DNA of 62,802 bases, filler included, from Octopus bimaculoides (taxonomy: Eukaryota): NCBI RefSeq assembly GCF_001194135.2. It is 5 parts of 5 records of this genome, joined end to end, with 100 filler letters (N's around TTAATTAATTAA, not from the genome) between each part and the next. Parts side by side here need not be neighbours in the genome. Positions count along the whole stretch, not along the records: positions 48,205 to 60,386 come from NC_068996.1; positions 60,487 to 62,802 come from NW_026374016.1; 3 more parts are not named here. One strand, 5' to 3'. The notes below the pieces were generated by a model. It was not told where the DNA came from. It made no database searches and saw nothing but the letters and a program-made list of their open reading frames with translations. Both the position numbers and the translations under genes were made by a program. Shown one piece after another: positions 53,890-62,802 of the stretch (positions are counted from its first letter, which is position 1; each line of letters opens with the position of its first letter).

Positions 53890-55350
53890 AGCAATATCAA
53901 CTAATTGTTTTTTGAAGTTCTCAGCCCCACAAATACACTTCAAGATATCAAGCAGACCTTTTTGAAGAATCAAAGACAGAGTCTCTGAGCCACTCAATAT
54001 GATTTCAAAAACCACAAACAAATCCAAATTGAAAATCTTTTAGGATTGCAATGAATTCCCTTGCCTGTACTAATTTTAAAGCACTCCAGTCCTAATGTGG
54101 TCGGAAATACCCCAGAAAACAATAATTTTATTGAATAAAATGGATACTTGGTGAGATGAATAGTTTCAATGTGTCTTAGATAACTTCAGAGATTACCTTC
54201 CAATGATTTCATCCAGTAGGGCTATTCAAGCACGTGGACTTTGAGAAAAAACCTTTTAAGGTTTGCAAGAAAATTCTACATTCACAAATACTTGAAGCTG
54301 ATTGAGAGAGTACCAAATTAAATGGATGTGCATAACTACAAATATGACGTTCACATAAAAAATCTCCTTTATTTTTGCTTGTGCTCTGTTCAAATGCCCA
54401 ACCATCATGCTCTCAGTCCATTATAAGTTTGTGCTGTGAATTTTTGGTGACAGTTGAATTCATGAACAAATTTTCAAACTTCAGTTTATGATGCAACTTT
54501 TTGTCTTTACAGACATCAATGTATCTCCAAAACCATTCTTGAGCCTTTTCCTTATCATCATATCACAAAACGTGTGACAGTTAAGATTTCATTCGAAGGT
54601 TTGTAGCCTCTCCAAACATAACAGCAACAAATACTGTTTTTTAATCATTGCCTTAATTTCACCTTCACTTGTAGCAGCTATACAATTAATTTATCTTGTT
54701 TTAAATATTATTTGAAAGTCCAGAAAATGTGCAGTTGGCATTTTTCTTCACAAAATCTAAATGCAGTCTACTGTTTTGCACCTAGCCAGAAAATTACCCT
54801 TATTGTTTGATTCTTCTGTTTCATAGTGTACTTCAAATTGTAATTCTTGACGGACCAAAATTTCAATACAATGAATTAACCTTTCCAATATATCATAATT
54901 TTTCTTGACTGATATATTATGGAACTGAATCAAAGCTGCTTTCCAGTAATCAATTGCTGTATCAATTTGTTGACTGTCAAAGGTTTCCATAGTAATTCCA
55001 GAAATCAGCTGGTTCTGAGATTTTTGTGTTTTGTCAAAGATGTAATCAAACTGTGCAAATCGCAGTAGCCAATAATTGTCCATGTGTTCTTATGATGACA
55101 AAATAACAGACAAGGGAAACAGAAAATTTTGTTCAGCATGAGACATCCTATCATTCACTTATACTGTCTATAATACTTGGAATAAAAAAATGATAGCATT
55201 CTGTGCTGCCAAATTTGGTTTTGATTTTGATTTCAAGCTTTGGTTTCTTTTTTCTGAGACTGCTAATATTCTTCTTACCTGTGAAACTTCTTGTTGCAAA
55301 GGTTAGGAAAGTAGAGAGGAAACTGAGCTAATTGACTCTTTTTGCCATCC
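53890..55350 (-). mobile_element. hAT (ZMYM1-like, TTF zinc finger) transposase pseudogene
   Basis: MLNKIFCFPCLLF; KKNYDILERLIHCIEILVRQELQFEVHYETEESNNKGNFL; AQTYNG..GHLNRAQAKIKE; SYAHPFNLVLSQSASSICECRIF. Many frameshifts; no TIR found. Confidence 0.85.
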
Positions 55351-55689
55351 TGGGGGAGAATGAAGGCATAAAAACTGTTACTGGGTTGTAATCTTTTTGA
55401 ATGAATCAAGGCATTAATTCTAACAAAAAATTTAGGTTCTAGTTTACTTTTTTACTTAACCTTTTTTTTATTATAAATAATCTTAAATATTTAAGATTAG
55501 ATTTTAAAGCATTGGCATGGATTAATGGATGAAAACTACTTTTTAATGCAAGAAATAAAAACTTGCTGGTTGCTTTTGTTTTGCCCCAGGTGTGAATTAG
55601 TCAACAAGAAAACTCTGGGGTCATATGACTGAATGTGGGTCTTAAGAATGGATCAAGAATACTCTTCAAGGATTAAATCTTTTAAAAAA

Positions 55690-56060
55690 GCAGGTGTGGC
55701 TGTGTAGTAAGAAGTTTACTTCCTATCCACATGGTTCCAGGTTCAGTCCCACTGTGTGACACCTTCACCAGGTGTCTTCTACTATAGCCTTAGGCCAACC
55801 AAAACTTTAAGAGCAGATTTGGTAGATGGAAACTGAAAGAAACTTTTCATATATATACCTGTCTGTGGATGTCTTTGCATCAGTTTTTGTCCCCACCATC
55901 ACATGACAACTGGTGTTGGTGTGTTTATGTTCCTGTAACTTTTCAGTTCAACAAACAGACTGATACAATAAGTACCAGGGTAGATTCATCCAACTAAAAA
56001 TTTTTCAAGACACTATCCCAATATGGCTGCAGTCTAATGACTGAAAGAAGTAAAAAATAA
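55690..56060 (+). mobile_element. Family B SINE with long 3' tail
   Basis: gcaggtgtggctgtgtagtaagaag head through gcagtctaatgactgaaag..taaaagataaaa tail. Confidence 0.8.
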
Positions 56061-56263
56061 AAGATAAAATATATACTCTTCAGTAAATGAACCAGAATCA
56101 ACAATAAAACAAACTTGCAAATTATTGACTAAATACCCATTCCTCATCTAAATCTGCCTGACTATGGGGAAAGTTCTAAGTCCTTTGAATAGAGAAGTCT
56201 TTGATCTCTGCTGCACAGAGTAGTAAAAACATCAGCACTTCAGGAGAAAATATGTTGACACAG

Positions 56264-57030
56264 CTGGAAGGCAAGCAGTAAAAAATATGCTTTTCTTTGC
56301 CTTTCTCTCTCTTGACCTCTCACTTGTTTGTTTTGTTTCTCTTTTTGACACTCCCTTTTCAAAGAGAATAACAGAATACAAAGAAACTAACACCATTGCT
56401 TTTTCTTATTATATCTGAAAGTAAGTAGAAAATCATTTGCTTTTTCTGTCTTTCTCTCTCTCACTCATTTGCTTTGTCTCTCTTGTTTTTGAACTGTCTG
56501 CTCAATCACCTGTGATGTGTTGGTGGCTGCTGACATTTGAAAAATCAAGACAAGCCCTGATGTCATAACCTCTCAACACTGGACAATCCTGTGGAATTTC
56601 ATCTTTTTCATACTTATATCAGTAGTTGTAAATTTCATACATAATTACATAGTTACTGAAACATGAAATTAATGAATGTTGAATACAATTATGTACATTA
56701 TAACTAATGAAATATTTCAAATGTAATATAAGAGAAATTAGTTAAAAATTGTTTGGTATGTGTCACGGTGCCTTTTTATGTACTTGTTCCCTCTGACTTT
56801 AGGACCTGGCTATACCTCTGCTATGACTGAAATCAAGCAGAAAATATTTGTTTTTCCCTGCCTTTCTCTCTCTTGATCTCTCACTCATTTGTTTTGTCTC
56901 TCTTTTTGATGTCCCCTTCTCCAAGAGAATAATAGAATATATGGAAACTAACACCTCTGCTTTTTCTTCCTATGACTGAAAGCAAGCAGAAAATAATTTG
57001 CTTTTCTTTACCTTTCTCTCTCTTGACTCC
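56264..57030. repeat. About 150-bp repeat, two ~1.5-unit blocks
   Basis: ctgaaagcaagcagaaaa..tttctctctcttga..aagagaataa..aaactaacacc unit starts at ~56264, 56415, 56825 and 56974. Confidence 0.75.
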
Positions 57031-57433
57031 TGTTCCACTCTTTTGTTTCTTCATTCACATTCCATCCTCAAACAGAACAGGGATGCAATTAATCCACTGC
57101 TTTTCTTTCTTTTCTTGCTCAGCAAACAGGAGTTTCCTCTACTTACACTTATTAAATAATATCAATTGTTTACAATTTATACTAAGAAACATGGAATAGG
57201 AAATACAAAAATATATCATGAGTACAACGAGGATAGTGAAAATTGTCAATAAATTAATTTTATATTATACAAAAATTGTTCATAGTTGCAAAATAATAAG
57301 GCATGTATTACATGCATTGCATACAAGAATGTAAAAAATAGAAGGTTAAAGAAAATATGAATTGTAAAATAAAAACTCTCATTTACCACATCACATGCCC
57401 ACAATGGAATGAGAAGTATATTGGTCAAATACA

Positions 57434-57465
<32 letters not shown>

Positions 57466-57580
57466 CACATACATACATACATACATACACACATACATAC
57501 ACACATACATACATATGAACATGCATACATACATACATACATATATACATACATACATACATACATACATACATACATGT

Positions 57581-57990
57581 ACGCATTTGCTCTACATGGA
57601 TGATCCAAAGCTTTTTAGCAAGAAAGAGATAGATTCCTTAATACAGGCTGTAAGACTCTTCAACAAAGAAATAGGCATCGAATTTGGCATAGACAAGTGT
57701 GCAACATTTGTCAGGAAAAAGGGACAGATAGTCAATAGTGAAGGCGTCCAATTACTAGATGGCTTGGCATTAAAATCACTGAAGTAATACATACATTTGG
57801 ACTTCAGAACTCTCTGCATTCAACAAAACAGTGGCCCACAGTGTGTTTGAAGTGCCAGTACTCATACCAACAATTGGGCTGCTTGAGTGGATGCTTGATG
57901 AGATCTGAACCATGGATGTGAAAATCCGGAAAACACTAACAAGCACTTAATTTCCACATAAACTGTGATGTAGACTGCATTTACCTAAGA
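57581..57990 (+). mobile_element. R4/Dong-clade reverse transcriptase fragment abutting (CATA)n
   Basis: THLLYMDDPKLFSKKEIDSLIQAVRLFNKEIGIEFGIDKCA..AFNKTVAHSVFEVPVLIPTIGLLEW..NFHINCDVDCIYL. Confidence 0.88.
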
Positions 57991-58176
57991 CCCCTTCAAA
58001 ATACTTGAAAAAGGGGTCTAAGGTCAACAGATTTTAGGGTCTGACCATAAAGTTAAACCCTTTATGGACAGGAAACCCAGGGTAATTCCATAAACCGGCC
58101 TTCCCCACTTTTAATATATACTGCTCTACATCTTAGAGTGTGCTTCATCTCCGGATCTATGTTTTCTACAAACGAC

Positions 58177-58210
<34 letters not shown>

Positions 58211-58232
58211 ATATACATACATATATATATAT

Positions 58233-58566
58233 GTGGAGGCGCAATGGCCCAGTGGTTAGGGCAGCGGACTCGCGGTCATAGGATCATGGTTTCGATTCCC
58301 AGACCGGGCGTTGTGAGTGTTTATTGAGCAAAAACACCTAAAGCTCCACGAGGCTCCGGCAGGGGATGGTGGCGAACGCAGCTGTACTCTTTCACCACAA
58401 CTTTCTCTTACTCTTACTTCCTGTTTCTATTGTACCTGTATTTAAAAGGGCCAGCCTTGTCACACTGTGTCACGCTGAATATCTCCGAGAACTACGTTAA
58501 GGGTACACGTGTCTGTGGAAGGCTCAGCCACTTGCACGTTAATTTCACGAGCAAGCTGTTCCATTG
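58233..58566 (+). mobile_element. Family A tRNA-derived SINE
   Basis: A box TGGCCCAGTGG, B box GGTTTCGATTCC. Confidence 0.9.
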
Positions 58567-60078
58567 AACTTTGCCCAGGCTATTCTTATTCTAGCAGATA
58601 CACTTTCAGTGCACCCTCCCCCACTACTGACTTGGTCACCCAGATAACAGAATCTATCAACTATGTCCAGTTTTTCTCCCTGGAATGTGACAGAAGTTGT
58701 TTTCTGCACATTTTCAGTGTTTATTGCACCTGAACATCTGCCACATACAAAAACTAAGTTCCTAGTTAACCTGCCTTTGATATTGCTGCACCTCTTATGT
58801 GTCCATAACTTGCACTGGGTACATCTTATAGAGTTTCTACCTACACCTTTTCTATAGATCGAGCAGGGCCATGTACCTGAAGAGGATTGTGTTTTGTCTA
58901 CCTTCCTACTTATTAGGACTTTGGTTTTAGTTAGGTTGACTCTAAGGCCCTTCTATTCTAGTCCTTGCTTCCACACCTGAAACTTCTCCTCTAGTTCTGA
59001 TAGTGACTCCGCAATTAGCGCAAGGTCATCAGCATAGAGGAGCTCCCAGGGGCATCCTGTCTTGAATTTCTCTGTTATAGCCTGGAGGACTATGATAAAT
59101 AGGAGGGGGCTGAGGACAGAACCTTGGTGGATTCCTACCTCTACCTGGAATTCTATACTGTACTCATTTCCAACCCTCACCTTACTGACAGCGTCTCTGT
59201 ACATGGCTCGCACAACTCTCACTAACCATTCCTCTATCCCTAGTTTCCTCATTGACCACCAGATAAGGGATCAGAGGACCCTGTCAAAGGCTTTCTCCAT
59301 GTCAACGAAAGCCAGGTACAGAGGTTTATCCTTGGCTAGGTATTTCTCCTGCAGCTGTCTTACCAGAAATATAGCATCAGTGATGCTTTTCCCTGTCTGA
59401 ACCCAAACTGCATCTCATCTAAACTGACTCTGTCCCTAATTTGTTGGGCTATGACCCTCTCCGTGACTTTCATAACCTGATCTAACAACTGGATACCACT
59501 GTAATTATTTGTATCTAAAGCGTCTCCTTTACCTTTGTAATAGTTGACTATGGTGCTGCTACACCAGTCATTGGGTATGACTCCTTCGTGTATCACCTGG
59601 TTAAAAATACGGGTGACTAGGCTATAGCCGACACTACCAGATATTTTGAGCATCTCTGCGGTGATTCCTGATGGGCTGGGGGCTTTCCCGGTCTTCATAC
59701 TCTTAATTGTTTTATCTACCATGGTACTGTCAACTCAAATCGCTGGTCCCTCTGTTGGCTTGACATTTGGCAGACCCTCTTTCTCCCATTCATTCTCTTT
59801 ATTGAGCAATCTTTCGTAGTGGCGTCTCCAAACCACTTTAGTGCAAGCGTACTGTCATCCATGCGAACACATTTCTCTCCCACGACATCATGATTCTCTC
59901 TCACACACTGTCTTGCAACACAAAATACCTCAAGTCTTTGGTCCTCACGGCGCAGAACATTGTCAAACTTTTTCTTATCTGCTTCCCCTCTGACTAAATA
60001 AACCTGTCTCCTAGCTTCCCTTCTAGCAGTCTGATAAAATTCCCTGCTACCTCTGTTCTTCCAGTCCTTCCAAGCCTA
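58567..60078 (-). mobile_element. RTE-clade LINE fragment (linker + RT), pseudogenised
   Basis: KSMKTGKAPSPSGITAEMLK, QFGFR, AFVDMEKAFDRVP, GIHQGSVLSPLLF, LLYADDLALIA, DRFCYLGD. Confidence 0.93.
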
Positions 60079-60084
60079 TATCAT

Positions 60085-60386
60085 CATTATCATCATCATC
60101 ATCGTTTAACGTCCGCTTTCCATACTAGCATGGGTTGGACGATTTGACTGAGGACTGGTGAAACCGGATGGCAACACCAGGCTCCAATCTAATTTGGCAG
60201 AGTTTCTACAGCTGGATGCCCTTCCTAACGCCAACCACTCTGAGAGTGTAGTGGGTGCTTTTACGTGTCACCCGCACGAAGGCCAGTCAGGCGGTACTGG
60301 CAACGGCCACGCTTGAAAATGGTGTCTTTTATGTGTCACCCGCACAAGAGCCAGTCCAGGGGCACTGGCAACGATCTCGCTCGAAA
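60085..60386 (+). mobile_element. Family D SINE-like repeat
   Basis: (CAT)n + cgtttaacgtccgctttcc core + internal tandem units. Confidence 0.85.
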
Positions 60387-60486
60387 NNNNNNNNNNNNNN
60401 NNNNNNNNNNNNNNNNNNNNNNNNNNNNNNTTAATTAATTAANNNNNNNNNNNNNNNNNNNNNNNNNNNNNNNNNNNNNNNNNNNN
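60387..60486. other. Artificial scaffold-join linker
   Basis: 44 N + TTAATTAATTAA + 44 N. Confidence 0.95.
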
Positions 60487-60809
60487 ATTTGGGGAGAGGC
60501 CACAGTACTTTACAGACACTTTCCTTTCCATTTTCGTTTTCCATTTCAAGTGAAACTTGAAAAAGCTGATGAGGGCTTAGCCAAAGACGAAAGTGTTTGA
60601 CTTAAAGTTCTTTGAATCTAGTCCACCATACAACCGCTTTCGCTAAGGCCAATAAACACATAGACACTGCTTGTCCTTCCCAGTCAAAAGAAGGCGACGT
60701 GACGATCTTCTTCACTCTGGACTCAACCGATAGCCGGATCCGTCCCGCACATGACAGTAGGTGTTCGAGATAAACCCACGAGCCAGTAAACCTTTCTACT
60801 AAAGGCGCA

Positions 60810-61005
60810 AGGCCTGAAATTTTGCGGGAGGAGGGGGACTAGTCGATTATACTGACTCCAGTGTTTCACTGATACTTAATGTATCGACCCCGAAAGGATG
60901 AAAGACAAAGTCGACCTCGGCGGAATTTGAACTCAGAACGTAAAGGCGGGCGAAATACCGCTAAGCATTTTGCCTGGCGTGCTAACGACTCTGCCAGCTC
61001 GCCGC
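60810..61005 (-). mobile_element. Family C SINE, CpG-intact
   Basis: Matches 21960-22190. Confidence 0.9.
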
Positions 61006-62242
61006 TTTACCCACAACTCAGTAACGCTCAAGCATTGGACGGGTGTGTGCAGAACAGTTTCGTCGCTCTGCGTGCATCTCGAGCAGGCCCGGCTGACGGC
61101 GCTTCCATGCCTATAGAGTTAATCTCTTTAATCTTTCTTTCTTCCTTCTTTCCTTCCTTCCTTTCTATCTNNNNNNNNNNNNNNNNNNNNNNNNNNNNNN
61201 NNNNNNNNNNNNNNNNNNNNNNNNNNNNNNNNNNNNNNNNNNNNNNNNNNNNNNNNNNNNNNNNNNNNNNNNNNNNNNNNNNNNNNNNNNNNNNNNNNNN
61301 NNNNNNNNNNNNNNNNNNNNNNNNNNNNNNNNNNNNNNNNNNNNNNNNNNNNNNNNNNNNNNNNNNNNNNNNNNNNNNNNNNNNNNNNNNNNNNNNNNNN
61401 NNNNNNNNNNNNNNNNNNNNNNNNNNNNNNNNNNNNNNNNNNNNNNNNNNNNNNNNNNNNNNNNNNNNNNNNNNNNNNNNNNNNNNNNNNNNNNNNNNNN
61501 NNNNNNNNNNNNNNNNNNNNNNNNNNNNNNNNNNNNNNNNNNNNNNNNNNNNNNNNNNNNNNNNNNNNNNNNNNNNNNNNNNNNNNNNNNNNNNNNNNNN
61601 NNNNNNNNNNNNNNNNNNNNNNNNNNNNNNNNNNNNNNNNNNNNNNNNNNNNNNNNNNNNNNNNNNNNNNNNNNNNNNNNNNNNNNNNNNNNNNNNNNNN
61701 NNNNNNNNNNNNNNNNNNNNNNNNNNNNNNNNNNNNNNNNNNNNNNNNNNNNNNNNNNNNNNNNNNNNNNNNNNNNNNNNNNNNNNNNNNNNNNNNNNNN
61801 NNNNNNNNNNNNNNNNNNNNNNNNNNNNNNNNNNNNNNNNNNNNNNNNNNNNNNNNNNNNNNNNNNNNNNNNNNNNNNNNNNNNNNNNNNNNNNNNNNNN
61901 NNNNNNNNNNNNNNNNNNNNNNNNNNNNNNNNNNNNNNNNNNNNNNNNNNNNNNNNNNNNNNNNNNNNNNNNNNNNNNNNNNNNNNNNNNNNNNNNNNNN
62001 NNNNNNNNNNNNNNNNNNNNNNNNNNNNNNNNNNNNNNNNNNNNNNNNNNNNNNNNNNNNNNNNNNNNNNNNNNNNNNNNNNNNNNNNNNNNNNNNNNNN
62101 NNNNNNNNNNNNNNNNNNNNNNNNNNNNNNNNNNNNNNNNNNNNNNNNNNNTCAACACGTGAGATCCAGAGATGCCCAATGTAGAAAACACGCAGTAGTG
62201 CTCAAATGATTTGAACTTACGCTCTGAAGTCTTTATCGAGGA

Positions 62243-62333
<91 letters not shown>

Positions 62334-62559
62334 GTGTGTTTCTATCCTGTGTCTTTCAATCTGTCTATCTTCATCCGTCACTTTTTTTTAATATTATTCG
62401 TTGATTATTTTATTTCTATCGTTTCGCCCTTTTCTTGAATTCTTTTGTTTGTTTGTTTGTTTGTTTCTTTATTTAAATTATGACCTAACTATTTGATTAG
62501 TCAATTAATTCCTTCATCCAATACTCATTCTGTTATCATTGCAAAACAACATCGAGACA

Positions 62560-62802
62560 TATTTTAATTACATTATTTACATTATTTACATTCGACGGAT
62601 ATTTGTCCTCATCTTGTTTGTTGTTAACACAACGTTTCAGCTGATATACCCTCCAGCCTTCTTCAGGTGTCTTGGGGAAATTTCGAACCTGGGTTCTCAT
62701 TCCTAAGGTATTTTTCAATGTTATTATTATTATTATTGTTCAGCTCACTGCTTGGAATCGAACTCGGAATCTTAGGGTTAATAGCCCGCGCTCTTAACCA
62801 CT
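62560..62802 (-). mobile_element. tRNA-headed SINE-like element with a Penelope-type tail
   Basis: tRNA-like head (..AGTGGTTAAGAGCGCGGGCTATTAACC..GAGTTCGATTCC), internal (AAT)n, hammerhead, (TGTAAATAA)n end. Confidence 0.75.
62626..62671 (-). ncRNA. Minimal type I hammerhead ribozyme
   Basis: Stem I GACAC/GUGUU; CUGAAGA(+A); stem II GGCUG/CAGCU; GAAA; ACGU palindrome; GUU cleavage triplet. Confidence 0.7.

Noticed and set aside
54757-55083. 108-aa ORF as a novel host-gene exon
   Set aside because: It is part of the frameshifted hAT transposase (ILERLI..NKGNFL motif).
60560-60610. CTGATGA..GAAA hammerhead-like string
   Set aside because: Core and stem III are plausible but stem I cannot form (A-rich on both sides).
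62740-62802. Genuine tRNA gene
   Set aside because: Acceptor stem not supportable, truncated by the window edge and followed by a repeat body; treated as a SINE head. The same applies to 25112 and 58233.

Overview
AT-rich, microsatellite-saturated eukaryotic DNA. The SINE, RTE, mariner and R4/Dong repeat complement looks like an octopus (coleoid cephalopod) genome; this is inferred from repeat families recognised from memory, not from a search. The window is five scaffold pieces joined by four artificial 100-bp linkers (44 N + TTAATTAATTAA + 44 N), with many other N gaps. No complete protein-coding gene is visible. There is one well-supported minus-strand coding exon (21412-21530, product unidentified) and a few tentative exon and promoter signals. 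The rest is decayed transposons (mariner, Tc1, hAT, RTE, Penelope, R4/Dong), several tRNA-derived SINE families and simple repeats. Nearly all ORFs in the supplied track are artefacts of microsatellites or N runs. Five observations stand out. (1) Restriction-like-endonuclease (RLE) retrotransposon copies are flanked on both sides by (CATA)n, suggesting a tetranucleotide-microsatellite-targeting family. (2) Four different Dong-like 3' ends and one 5' part are stacked in (AAT)n arrays. (3) Several Penelope-type minimal hammerhead ribozymes are present, one inside a tRNA-headed SINE. (4) An intronic 24-bp minisatellite carries 14 perfect POU octamers (ATGCAAAT). (5) CpG-poor and CpG-rich blocks alternate, switching at the scaffold joins.
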